In this document: positions 51,108 to 60,824 of the stretch, in pieces | Layout: each line of letters starts with the position of its first letter | Position numbering within the stretch: position 1 is the stretch's first letter | From: Candidatus Bathyarchaeota archaeon | GTDB lineage: Archaea > Thermoproteota > Bathyarchaeia > Bathyarchaeales > Bathycorpusculaceae | NCBI GenBank assembly: GCA_963826715.1 | Contig: CAWGYA010000008.1 | Coordinates: 1,024,001 to 1,088,000 of the forward strand | Direction: 5' to 3' | DNA: 64,000 nt | Made by a program: the position numbers and the translations under genes | Notes under the pieces: model-generated | Told to the model about the DNA's origin: nothing | What the model saw: the letters and a program-made list of their open reading frames with translations, nothing else | The model's database searches: none

Positions 51108-51689
51108 ATGCGAAAAAGATGTCGAGAGAGGAACCGAACCTACTTTCATCTAATGAATAGAAAAGGCTTGTCAAACCTGAATTTTCCGAAAAAGAAGTCA
51201 ATAATGATTCTGAATTCCAGCGATTGCTGGGAACAAACAAAGTCAAAGAACCGTTGGTTACTATGGAAAGATAAAAGTGGAATTGGAAGGATAATGTGGT
51301 TTGAATCCGGTAACGTTAATTTGCATATTAAGAGCTTTGTTCATTTAGGTAAGGTAAAACAGCTTGTTTGCAATGGGTTTATTTTTACAGGGCTAATCTT
51401 TGATGATAGGGTTATGCTGTAGGTAATAGAATCAATCAAGCCTTCTGGTGCTCACTACGTTTTTGACGTGGGCGCTGCGCTTCCTAGAAAAACAATTACT
51501 TACTTTGAAAAAAGCCATGGTTTAACAATAAAAATTGGAGATAAAAGTCACCCGACCGCAGTGGAGGTAGAATCCCATGTTCCTGATTGGGCTGAGAGGT
51601 TAACCCTTTCTTTTGAAAAGATAGCTGAAGCATTTAGCTCGAACACTTATGAAAAAGATTCTGCCAAGAAACCCGACTATCTAGTTTAA
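51108..51689 (+). pseudogene. interrupted mobile-element gene (two ORF-track entries in one frame, split by a single TAG)
   Basis: 51108..51422 and 51468..51689 share a frame; the only stop between them is TAG at 51420-51422; 5' part looks degraded. Confidence 0.55.
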
Positions 51690-51755
51690 TGCTTTCTGTT
51701 CAGCTGTGGAATAGTGATTTTGTCTTTTGATTTTCAAATCTCCCGGGATTCTATT

Positions 51756-51784
51756 TGTTTCAAATCTGTTTCAGTTTTGTTTCA
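51756..51784 (+). promoter_or_regulatory. three phased TGTTTCA direct repeats (11-bp period)
   Basis: TGTTTCA at 51756, 51767 and 51778, upstream of the gene at 51837. Confidence 0.55.
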
Positions 51785-51836
51785 GCCAACTGCCATAAGC
51801 CTCCATGACCATATTAGTATATGGTGATAAAATAAA

Positions 51837-52135
51837 ATGAACACAAAAGTAATAATTGCACTCGTCGCGGTCACGGCGCTTGCTCTAGCCGCAGTTGGAC
51901 TGGCAGCAGCCCAAATAGCTCAAAACCAAACCGTTCCCGGCGCAGACCCCAACACGGTCCCTGCTGAAGGATTTTGGGGCTGGATAGGCAACTGCTTTGG
52001 ATACAGAGCAGCAGAACCCTATCAAGGACAATATGTCGCTCCACCAACAGCTGATAACGTACCCGCACAAGAACCATACAAGGCGGCTACGGCTACGCAT
52101 ACGGCTATGGATATGGTCCTTGCTGGGCAAGATAA
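51837..52135 (+). pseudogene. exported Gly/Tyr-rich protein with an apparent frameshift near 52080
   Basis: Signal-peptide-like N-terminus; alternative frame gives GGYGYAYGYGYGPCWAR* ending at 52135, followed by a T-tract. Confidence 0.6.
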
Positions 52136-52162
52136 ACAACAATTTTTTTCTCTTTTTTGATT

Positions 52163-52477
52163 TTAGCAACTAACTAATAGCGGAATTACAGCTCTAAGCT
52201 CAACAAAATACTCCTTAAGAACCATTTTACCCTGTCGAGTGATTCTATATTGTTTGCAAGCCCTCTTCAAACCCACCTCCCATCTAGACTCAATAAGACC
52301 CCTCTTTTCCAAACAATTAAGCTCAGGATATAGTGAAGATGACCCAAGCCGTACCCCATACTTTCGATGAATCATTTTTAAAAGCCCATAACCATGCAAT
52401 CCCCTATCAGAAGCTTCGTTTATGAAATTAAGCAAAATACTTTCAAGAACTGCTCCATGAAAAATGTTTTTATTCAA
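52163..52477 (-). CDS. PadR family transcriptional regulator
   Basis: HGY.L...I, SSLYP.L..LE..GLI.S.W, K.Y.IT..G. Confidence 0.85.
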   Translation of the reverse strand: MNKNIFHGAVLESILLNFINEASDRGLHGYGLLKMIHRKYGVRLGSSSLYPELNCLEKRGLIESRWEVGLKRACKQYRITRQGKMVLKEYFVELRAVIPLLVSC

Positions 52478-52500
52478 TTTTTTTCAACCTCAAAGCTTTC

Positions 52501-52524
52501 TCCTTCTTCAATATACAAGAAGGA
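52501..52524. promoter_or_regulatory. candidate PadR operator (inverted repeat)
   Basis: TCCTTCTT-N8-AAGAAGGA between a minus-strand TTATA and the padR start. Confidence 0.45.
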
Positions 52525-52633
52525 AGATATACGATATAAGAAAATGCTGTAGGCTCAACCCTACTACAAACAACTATCCATTAGATGACATTTTTGATTT
52601 TCTCGAAAAAGTATGTTTAATTGTGAATAAGGT

Positions 52634-52895
52634 CTACTAATTGCAATGCTAAACTCACTGCCGATCGAATCAGAAAAATTCTTCCCTCATACTTAGGCAT
52701 AAACGTGTCGAAAGCACCATGAAATATATTCAGATGCTTAACTTAGAGGATGACGAATTCGAAGTTACAAGTGCAACAACGATAGATGAAATCAAAACGC
52801 TTGGAACTGCAGGCTGGACGAAGTACGACGAATTAACTGTTAAGGGTGAGCAGGTGCATTTCTATAAAAAGCCTAAAAAGTTCTCAAGTGCTTAA
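52634..52895 (+). pseudogene. tyrosine recombinase/integrase C-terminal remnant
   Basis: LRHKRVESTMKYIQ (degenerate LGH...T..Y box II) followed by DDEFEV..A....E...L...GW..Y tail; N-terminus missing. Confidence 0.7.
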
Positions 52896-52939
52896 TTATA
52901 TGGCAGTTTCAAAGTACGTGTATAAGCGCAAGTGACATA

Positions 52940-52953
52940 AGTATAAGCTTTTA
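52940..52953 (+). repeat. candidate attR (AGTATAAGCTTTTA)
   Basis: Identical to 42325-42338; between the integrase remnant and smc. Confidence 0.45.
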
Positions 52954-53010
52954 TACGTTTGTTGACGACTGTTAAAAATGAACATACCATTTCCGAGGTT
53001 AAAGACGTAA

Positions 53011-56000
53011 ATGCCCTATATCAAGAAAATCGAGTTAAAAGGCTTTAAGTCTTTTGGACCCCAAACAGTCAAGGTCACCCTTGACAAGGGGTTCACAGCG
53101 ATAACTGGACCCAATGGAAGTGGAAAAACGAACATAATGGATGCAATGCTTTTTTCTCTTGGTGAACTAAGCACAAGGAGGCTCCGCGCTGAAAACTCGG
53201 CGAAGCTGATTTTCCATGGATCAGAAAAGGCAGGACAAGACAAAGCCAAAATGGCAAAAGTTGTAGTTCAATTCGACAACACCGATGGTTTAATGCCTGT
53301 GGACACAACCACTGTGACGATTTCAAGGGAAGTTTACCGCAATGGGCAAAGTATCTACCGCCTCAATGGACGACGCATGTCTCGTACACATATCACTGAG
53401 ACCTTATCGATGGCTGCTATTAGTAGTATGAGCCAAAACATAATTCCCCAGGGCACAATCACAAGATTAACTGATTTGACTGCTCTTGAACGTCGAAAAA
53501 TTATAGAAGACCTCATAGGCATCGCTCAGTATGACTCGGAAAAAACTGATGCGGAGGAGAAGTTGCGTGCAGCCGACATATCCATTCGAACTGCAATGGG
53601 CAGAATCGATGAAGTTCAAAAACGCCTCGATGACCTTGAACGCGAACGCAACCAACAGTTGCGTTATAATTTTATTCAGGCTGAAACTCGCAAGTTCCAA
53701 GCGATCAAAATCTCAAGCGACATCGCCCAGCAAAACACTAAAATCATCGAGAACTCAGTTCAAGCCCAAAAAGTCAAGGTACGCGTGGAAAAACTTAAAG
53801 AACAAAGGGATTTACGCCGAGGTAAGCGCCATGAAATTGAGGGAGATTGGCGTAAGCTCAGCGGTGAAGGGCTAGAGCAAGGTGGCTCTGAAGTGCTTAA
53901 GGTTCAGATAAAAATTGGTGAACTCAAATCTAAAGTTACTGAATTAAATTCCAAGATTAATTCTGGACAGGCAAGCCTTGATAGCTTCAAACGTGTCAGA
54001 GAAAATAACTTTGCGCAATATGAGAATTTGCAGCGGGAAATCAGAGAGAACCGCCTTAAAATCCGTCAGTATCGTAGTGAATATGAAAAACTCAGGTTGG
54101 AGTTAGAAGAGAAGCAGGTTCAACATGAGTTGTTGGCGAAAGAAACCGCGACGCTATGGAGCGGTTTAGACGACAACAACCAGCAAATTCAAGCATTAGA
54201 TTCACAGATAGAGGGGCACGTGAAGCGGCTCGCTTATTTGCGCTCAGAGTACAAACAGGACAAAGCGGCGTTGCGATTGTGCACCGGTCGAATAAAAAAC
54301 CTAACGGTCCGCAAAGAAAAATTTATTTCCAGTCAGGCGGAAATCGAGAAATCTCTCGTAGAGCTTGAGAAGGTACAGCGTGATCAGAAAACGCAACTTA
54401 AAAACCTAGAGCAGTCAATCGAGCGTAAGGAGCTCCAGAAGGAGACGGTGCACCGGGAAATCGAGGAAGCTGAAAAAATCGCTAGCTCAGCTAAAGACGC
54501 CGTTATCGAATTCGCTACACAAAGGGATCTTGCTGCAACAATCGCTGCAGAGGAGAAGGCTTTGCGACGAATTGAGGAAATGGGAAATGTTGGTGCCATA
54601 AACGGCATCCAAGGTAGATTGCGCAATTTGATTAAGATCGAAAAGAACTTTAAGAAGGCTGTCGAGGCCGCTGCTACAGGTTGGCTGGAAGCGTTAGTGG
54701 TGAAGGATATTGATGTGGCATTCACCTGTACCGAGACATTACGGCGGATGAAACTGGGCAGAGTCAAAATTATTCCGTTACAGGGTGCCATAAACCCTAA
54801 GAATAAACTCGCTCCTAAACGAGAAGGTATCATGGGGTCACTCTCAAGTTTCATTAAATACGATGGAAACTTTGAATCGGCAGTGAACTATGTATTCGGC
54901 GATACAATAGTGGCAACAGACGATAAAATAGCCTTTGCTCTTTCCAACGAAGGCTATCGTGCCGTTACCGTTAGCGGTGACCTCTACGAACCTGGTGCCT
55001 TTGAAAGCGGTTACTACCGTGCCCCTATAGACTTCTCCACGATAATCCCCAGCGAAAACGCACTTAAAAGCCTTGATGAAGCTGTCAGAGCATTGCAGAC
55101 TCACCTTTCTGCACGGGGTAGCGATATTGTGAATATCGAGGAAGAACTCGAACACAACAAAATCGAGATGACTCGTCTAGGCGAGGGAATCGCAACTCTC
55201 GATCGTGAATTAGTGCGGATAAAGCGTAGTGTAAAACGGACCCAATTTAACATCCACCATATAGCTAAACTTGGAGGAAAACTAGCGCGTGAAGCTGCAT
55301 CGTACAAAGGTCGCATGAGTGTATATCGTAACGAACGTAACAACATCCAGGAAAACCTCAAAAAAATACACACTGAAATCTCTGAGTTGCGGCTGAAAAC
55401 TGATATCACTCATATCCAGGAGCTTGAGGTGCAGCGAGAAAAGTTTGGGGAAGAAGCTAATACTTTGCGTCAGCGTCTTGGTAGTCTGGAGACGGAAATT
55501 AACACTCATCAATCCCAGTTTGACCGTGTCCTTCGGATTGGCTATAAGAACACCAAGATTCAACTTTCTAAAATGGATCAGCAACAAGAAAAGTTGCAAA
55601 AAGAGGTCGCTGACGCCACAGTGGAACGGGATGCCTTCAAAAAGGAAGTTGAGGCGCTCGAGACGAAACGTGTCGAGTTATCCACCGCAGTGTTGTCTGC
55701 GCGAGAGGAATCTAAAAAATTTACCTCCCAAATCGACACTATTGACGCTGAATTACGACTACTTGATGTGGAGTATGAACAAGCTGATAGGCTACAGAGT
55801 CAACTTCACTATGGTTTAGAGAACATGCAGCTTCGGGTTTCGCAGCTTCAAGCCCAGCTTCGCCAATTCGGTTTTGAGCAACCGCTTGAAACGAATCTCA
55901 GACAGGTTCAAGAAGCCGAGACTACCATACGTATGATGCAGTTTGAGATGGAACGCATTGGCGCCATTAACCAACTTGCTGCCCAACACTATTCTGAGCA

Positions 56001-56562
56001 AATCAGTCGCTACCGCGAACTTTCCGTGCGCCTCAATGAGTTAGAGCGCGAGAAACAAGCTATTGTTGGGTTTATGGATGAGATCGAAGCCAAGAAACGT
56101 AAGGTTTTCATGAATGCGTTTGACAAAATCAACGCCAGCTTAACTGTATATTTTGCCAAGATGACTGGCGGTGGTACCGCCACACTGAAACTTGAGAAAC
56201 CTGAGGAACCATTCTCTGGTGGTATAGATATGCTTGTGCAGTTCCCTAACAAACCCAGCATTGTGGTTAGTGGGGCTAGTGGTGGCGAGCGTTCAATTTC
56301 GGCGGTGGCTTTTATTTTCTCGCTTAAAGAATTCTCGCCTGCAGCCTTCTACATCCTCGACGAAGTTGATGCTCACTTAGATGCCTTCCACACAACCAAA
56401 CTAGCCGAAACCCTCCTTGAGGAGGCGAGTAAAACCCAGTTTATAGTCATCAGTCTAAGACCTGAAATGGTCAATAAAGCCCAAAAAGTATATGGCGTCT
56501 ATGAGCGAAACGGAATTTCAAATGTAGTGACGGCTAAATTCCCCACGGAGGCGCATGCCTAA
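53011..56562 (+). CDS. smc: chromosome segregation protein SMC
   Basis: GFKSF, GPNGSGKT, coiled coils, hinge, SGGE, LDEVDAHLD. Confidence 0.96.
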   Translation: MPYIKKIELKGFKSFGPQTVKVTLDKGFTAITGPNGSGKTNIMDAMLFSLGELSTRRLRAENSAKLIFHGSEKAGQDKAKMAKVVVQFDNTDGLMPVDTTTVTISREVYRNGQSIYRLNGRRMSRTHITETLSMAAISSMSQNIIPQGTITRLTDLTALERRKIIEDLIGIAQYDSEKTDAEEKLRAADISIRTAMGRIDEVQKRLDDLERERNQQLRYNFIQAETRKFQAIKISSDIAQQNTKIIENSVQAQKVKVRVEKLKEQRDLRRGKRHEIEGDWRKLSGEGLEQGGSEVLKVQIKIGELKSKVTELNSKINSGQASLDSFKRVRENNFAQYENLQREIRENRLKIRQYRSEYEKLRLELEEKQVQHELLAKETATLWSGLDDNNQQIQALDSQIEGHVKRLAYLRSEYKQDKAALRLCTGRIKNLTVRKEKFISSQAEIEKSLVELEKVQRDQKTQLKNLEQSIERKELQKETVHREIEEAEKIASSAKDAVIEFATQRDLAATIAAEEKALRRIEEMGNVGAINGIQGRLRNLIKIEKNFKKAVEAAATGWLEALVVKDIDVAFTCTETLRRMKLGRVKIIPLQGAINPKNKLAPKREGIMGSLSSFIKYDGNFESAVNYVFGDTIVATDDKIAFALSNEGYRAVTVSGDLYEPGAFESGYYRAPIDFSTIIPSENALKSLDEAVRALQTHLSARGSDIVNIEEELEHNKIEMTRLGEGIATLDRELVRIKRSVKRTQFNIHHIAKLGGKLAREAASYKGRMSVYRNERNNIQENLKKIHTEISELRLKTDITHIQELEVQREKFGEEANTLRQRLGSLETEINTHQSQFDRVLRIGYKNTKIQLSKMDQQQEKLQKEVADATVERDAFKKEVEALETKRVELSTAVLSAREESKKFTSQIDTIDAELRLLDVEYEQADRLQSQLHYGLENMQLRVSQLQAQLRQFGFEQPLETNLRQVQEAETTIRMMQFEMERIGAINQLAAQHYSEQISRYRELSVRLNELEREKQAIVGFMDEIEAKKRKVFMNAFDKINASLTVYFAKMTGGGTATLKLEKPEEPFSGGIDMLVQFPNKPSIVVSGASGGERSISAVAFIFSLKEFSPAAFYILDEVDAHLDAFHTTKLAETLLEEASKTQFIVISLRPEMVNKAQKVYGVYERNGISNVVTAKFPTEAHA

Positions 56563-57273
56563 ATGTCTTCGCCAACGACAACTCCCATGCGCAAGCCCTT
56601 TTATCTTCGACCGCCCTGGAACATACTCTTTGAACTCAGCAAACTCGAGAAACTCACCCCTTGGAATGTTAATATAGCTTATCTGCTTCGATCTTTCCTC
56701 TTGGAAATGGAGAAAACCGCCCCTGACAAGGTAGATTTCCGTGCTTCAGGCGTCGCCTTGGATTCTTCAGCGTTGATCTATCTGATGAAATCTAAATTGC
56801 TATTGACGCTACAAGAGCCGCCTTCTTCCCCGCCCAAAATTCCGACTGATTTTGTTCCACCGCCTTTGTTTCTACCCCTTCGTCACGAATTAACTTCTAC
56901 AACAATTCAGCATCTCCTTACAGTTTTAGATGATGTATTAAAAGGCGAGAAACTTCTTTCCCTCCATCATGTAGTAGAACAGCATCCCGTTTTACCCGCA
57001 GTTACTGATTTGCTGCCTAAATTTGACAGGTTCATCGCCGAACTAGAGTTCGAAGTTGACAAAATCTATGCAATTTTGGTGGAAAAGACCGGAGGACAAG
57101 GCATCATTGATTTTACCTCTCTTTCTAAAGGTGCAACCCGCATTGAGGCGTTGCGCATGTTTATTTATCTGTTGTTCCTCGCCCAGGATGGCTTAGTTAG
57201 CCTTTGGCAGAATGAGGAAACTGATGAACTTTACATAGCTGTAGGGAAACTAAATGTTAAAAAAGCCGAATAA
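56563..57273 (+). CDS. scpA: segregation/condensation protein A (kleisin)
   Basis: PW.VNI, DFRASG..L, LRH, F..LLFLAQ.G.V.L.Q; follows smc. Confidence 0.85.
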   Translation: MSSPTTTPMRKPFYLRPPWNILFELSKLEKLTPWNVNIAYLLRSFLLEMEKTAPDKVDFRASGVALDSSALIYLMKSKLLLTLQEPPSSPPKIPTDFVPPPLFLPLRHELTSTTIQHLLTVLDDVLKGEKLLSLHHVVEQHPVLPAVTDLLPKFDRFIAELEFEVDKIYAILVEKTGGQGIIDFTSLSKGATRIEALRMFIYLLFLAQDGLVSLWQNEETDELYIAVGKLNVKKAE

Positions 57274-57952
57274 CCCGTCAACTAAACAAATTTCAGGTCC
57301 TGAGACAGAGCATTCTCAGGGAAACGAGAGGAAAGTCCATACCCAGATGCTGCTTGAAGCTGCACTTTACGTTGCTGGGCGCCCCTTAGATATCAATGAA
57401 CTTTGCCAAGTCGTAGGTAGCCGAAGTAAAAAACGCGTGATTTCCTACGTTGAAACGCTTATGGAGAATTATAAAGCCCGCAACAGCGCTATGGAGATAC
57501 TTTCGCTTAAAGATGATCGCTATGTGTTGCAAGTAAAAGCTGAGTTTACACCGCTTATAAAAAAACTCGTCAACCGCCCCCTGCTATCTTCAGGGCCACT
57601 AAAAACACTCTCTTATATTGCTTACCGCCAACCAGTAAGCCAAAAACGGGTTGTGCAGGTTCGCGGACAACATGCTTACGGGCATGTTAAAATGCTTAAA
57701 GATATGGGTTTGATTTTGTCGGAACGGATGGGGCGGTCATTGGCGCTTAGAACCACGGATTATTTTGCGGATTATTTTGGGCTAACTCAGGATACTTCTT
57801 TACTTAAGAGAGATTTGCGAAAGATTTTTGGAGATGCCATTAAAGAAGACGCAGTTGAACGAGAAAAGAAAGAAACTGAGCAGAAACAGCGAATGATACA
57901 AGAGGAACAAGAGCCCTCAGAAACCTCTGATGATGTAGACGAACAATCTTAG
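57254..57952 (+). CDS. scpB: SMC-Scp complex subunit ScpB
   Basis: LEAALYVAG.P, LKTL..IAYRQPV, RG, TT..F..YFGL. Confidence 0.92.
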   Translation: MLKKPNNPSTKQISGPETEHSQGNERKVHTQMLLEAALYVAGRPLDINELCQVVGSRSKKRVISYVETLMENYKARNSAMEILSLKDDRYVLQVKAEFTPLIKKLVNRPLLSSGPLKTLSYIAYRQPVSQKRVVQVRGQHAYGHVKMLKDMGLILSERMGRSLALRTTDYFADYFGLTQDTSLLKRDLRKIFGDAIKEDAVEREKKETEQKQRMIQEEQEPSETSDDVDEQS

Positions 57953-58310
57953 AAAAGATTATTTCGAGGTTTAGAATGCTATGTTTCTAACTATTTACTA
58001 CTTCTCAGGTTATTATCTTTGATATTTGGTGGTGTATTAAACTTGTTTTGTGAGAATTAAAATAACGATCATTTGACGATCCAAGGTGTTTCTATCAGAG
58101 AGAATAGCATTGTTCAAATCTTGGCTTTCGAAATTATAAGGTCGAGGAAAGAAATTATGTTTCCTCAAGCTTCTTTGCGTTCTGTTTCCCTGTTTAATAA
58201 CGCCCAATTAATAATAAAAATTGTACACTTCATAAAACAGGTCAGCAAAACGGATATGTTTATATTGAAATCCTATGTTTTAGTGACTACGCATTCAAGG
58301 AAATGAAGCT

Positions 58311-58703
58311 ATGTCATCGCAAAGCCATTTACGCAAAAGAAAACTTACAGGTGGCAAAAAACGCGTCTACCGCAGCAAAAAAAAGTATGAAGCAGGCGGA
58401 TACGCAGCGGAAACTGTTCTAGGTGAACCTAAACGTAAAATCACAAGAGGTTTAGGTGGAACCCGAAAAATTAAAGTATTAACCGAAAAATTCGCCTCTG
58501 TTACTGACCCCCAAAGCGGTTCAACCCAAAAAACTGAAATCGTCCGAGTAGTTCGCAACGGTGCGAACGTTGACTATAACCGAAGAGGAGTCATCACCAA
58601 AGGAGCAGAAATTGAAACTGCTTTGGGATTAGCTAAAGTAACAAGTCGACCAGGAAACGATGGCATAATCAACGCCGTGATTATCCGCAAAGAAAAAGCC
58701 TAA
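58311..58703 (+). CDS. rps8e: 30S ribosomal protein eS8
   Basis: RKLTGG, YNRRGVITKGA.I.T..G.AKVTSRPG.DG.INA. Confidence 0.95.
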   Translation: MSSQSHLRKRKLTGGKKRVYRSKKKYEAGGYAAETVLGEPKRKITRGLGGTRKIKVLTEKFASVTDPQSGSTQKTEIVRVVRNGANVDYNRRGVITKGAEIETALGLAKVTSRPGNDGIINAVIIRKEKA

Positions 58704-58724
58704 AATTTTTCTTTTAAATTTTAT

Positions 58725-59042
58725 TTATTTTCTAATAGGCTGTTGCGAAGCTTGTTGATTTTTTATTTTCACTAGTTGCTTAGATAGCTTTTTGATTATA
58801 GCTTCCTTGGCTTCTTTCTTTTCAACTAAAAGCATTCCAGATTTTACCCAGGGCATCTTCGGAAAATGGGCCTCTACCTTCAACTCGCTTTGCAGCCCCA
58901 ATCTTTCAGCTGCTTCCTTGATGTCCAAAATTTTTGGCGAAATCACCGCTTGGTTTTTGGAAATCCTTCGTCCTTCTTTACGTGTCTTATTTTGATCGAA
59001 ATATATTGGCCAGATAATGGCTTGGTTGGATAATTTCCGCAT
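58725..59042 (-). CDS. srp19: signal recognition particle 19 kDa protein
   Basis: IWP.YFD...TRKEGRRI, P..PW..SG. Confidence 0.92.
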   Translation of the reverse strand: MRKLSNQAIIWPIYFDQNKTRKEGRRISKNQAVISPKILDIKEAAERLGLQSELKVEAHFPKMPWVKSGMLLVEKKEAKEAIIKKLSKQLVKIKNQQASQQPIRK

Positions 59043-59054
59043 ACATATTCTCTC

Positions 59055-60821
59055 CTATTTTTGTGCAAAGTAAACGACTAGTTTTTCGCCAACTTCGTTT
59101 ACTCGCACAAAGCCAAATCGTTCAAATTGTATAATGTCGTCCGGCTTTAACTTTTTGCAAGCCGATTCAGCAAACCCCTCAACCACCGAAGCATCCTGCT
59201 GAATCACCTGTGTTGGGTACTCTGTGCTTTTGAGTATCCACTGGATAAGCTGTACTTTGATTTTCCTCACATCTTCATATGATTCGCTCGAAAAAGTTGC
59301 AGTTATGCCACTATTGCTTTTTTGGGCGATTTTGATGTTGAAGAGCTCCATAAGTCTAATGATCTGTTCGGGATGCATTGTTTCGGCATCACTCTGTGAT
59401 ATCCAAAGGGTTACCTCTTTTTCTTCGCCACTGGGTGCCACTTGGTATATCCTAAATCCCCTCTCATGTTGCTCAGGATGCAACGGAAGTTTGACATCGA
59501 AAGTCATTGGTACACCTTTAACTTTGAGTTGAACTGGTGTTGCTGTAAAGAAGTATCTGCTACTTTTGGCGTCGAGAATTTTACGGTTGTATGAATTGAG
59601 GGTTTCCCAGCTGAGGGTGACATCGTTAGGTTTAATCCCGACATCAACTATCACTTTTTTGATTGCTTCAGGCATTATGCCCCGTTTTCGGAGTGCCTGA
59701 AAAGTGCCTAGTCTTGGGTCATCAAAATCTGCGAAGTCGCCATCCTGGATTCCAGCAATTATTTTTGATTTGCTGAGTGCAGCACCAGTTATTTTAAGTC
59801 TACCATAATGGATAGCTTCGGGATATTCCCAGCAAAGATGCTGGTACATGTATTTCTGCCGGACCATATTGGTGTAATGTTCTTTGCCGCGTATAATATG
59901 AGTCATTCCCATTAGGTGATCATCGATACCTGCTGCGAGGTTATAAAGCGGCCAAACTATGTACTTGCTTCCCACTCGTGGATGCGGATGTTTTTTAGTG
60001 TCAATTATACGCAACGCTGGCCAATCGCGGACGGCTGGGTTAGGGTTTTCCAAATCCGTTTTAACACGGACTACAGCTTGTCCTTCGATGTAACCGCCAT
60101 TTAGCATATGGTGCCAACGTTCCAGCTGCTCCTTCGAGGCGATTTCTCTGCATGGGCAAGATTGTTTCGCGATAATTTTGTTACGAAATTCTTCAGATGG
60201 GCATTCGCAGACATAGGCGTTACCTTCTGAGATTAGTTTCTCAGTCCACTCGTAGTAGATTGGTAATCGGTCGCTTTGGATATATTCTTCGTCCCATTTG
60301 CAGCCGAGCCATTTGAGGTCTTCTCGGACGTTTTCATAAAATTTAAGCTGTGGCTTCTTGACTTTGGGATCTGTATCTTCGAAGCGTAAAATAAATTTGC
60401 CGCCGTAAATCCGAGCGTACTCGTGGCTCAAAATTATTGCTCTGGCTGAACCCAGATGTAGTACGCAATCGGGATTAGGCGAGAACCTCGTTACAATTTC
60501 TTTATATTTATTAGCATGGGGCAGCGGAGGGAGCTTTTTCTCTTCGGCTTCGTGCTTCTTTTGAGTTTCTGGCCAGTTTTTCTCTACTATTGCCTTCTGC
60601 TCTATGGGTGATAAACTGTTGACTTCTGCGGCAATGGCGTTGATTAGGACTGAGAGATCCTTCACACGACTGCGAAGATCTGCTTTTTCCCCCAGAATTC
60701 TGCCGACTAACGCTCCTGCCTGAGCTTTTCCCTCATGTCCAACCGCGTTTATAAGTGCGGCTTTACGGATAAGTTCTCGAAGTTCAGAGTTATTTTCAAG
60801 TGCCAAATTGATTACGCTCAT
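59055..60821 (-). CDS. gltX: glutamate--tRNA ligase (archaeal)
   Basis: RFSPNP...LHLG, LRFEDTDP, THIIRGK, LSKS, QFERFGF. Confidence 0.95.
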   Translation of the reverse strand: MSVINLALENNSELRELIRKAALINAVGHEGKAQAGALVGRILGEKADLRSRVKDLSVLINAIAAEVNSLSPIEQKAIVEKNWPETQKKHEAEEKKLPPLPHANKYKEIVTRFSPNPDCVLHLGSARAIILSHEYARIYGGKFILRFEDTDPKVKKPQLKFYENVREDLKWLGCKWDEEYIQSDRLPIYYEWTEKLISEGNAYVCECPSEEFRNKIIAKQSCPCREIASKEQLERWHHMLNGGYIEGQAVVRVKTDLENPNPAVRDWPALRIIDTKKHPHPRVGSKYIVWPLYNLAAGIDDHLMGMTHIIRGKEHYTNMVRQKYMYQHLCWEYPEAIHYGRLKITGAALSKSKIIAGIQDGDFADFDDPRLGTFQALRKRGIMPEAIKKVIVDVGIKPNDVTLSWETLNSYNRKILDAKSSRYFFTATPVQLKVKGVPMTFDVKLPLHPEQHERGFRIYQVAPSGEEKEVTLWISQSDAETMHPEQIIRLMELFNIKIAQKSNSGITATFSSESYEDVRKIKVQLIQWILKSTEYPTQVIQQDASVVEGFAESACKKLKPDDIIQFERFGFVRVNEVGEKLVVYFAQK

Positions 60822-60824
60822 GCT

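Larger units (their letters stand above)
42325..52953. mobile_element. decayed integrated element (genomic island)
   Basis: Integrase remnant at the right end, several pseudogenes, accessory cargo, and a 14-bp direct repeat AGTATAAGCTTTTA at both ends. Confidence 0.65.

Noticed and set aside
51420-51422. Pyrrolysine recoding of TAG
   Set aside because: TAG is used as a normal stop in several intact genes here and the locus is surrounded by pseudogenes.
53016-56261. Many antisense or alternative-frame ORFs inside smc and other long genes
   Set aside because: Shadow ORFs of well-supported genes with no independent motifs.
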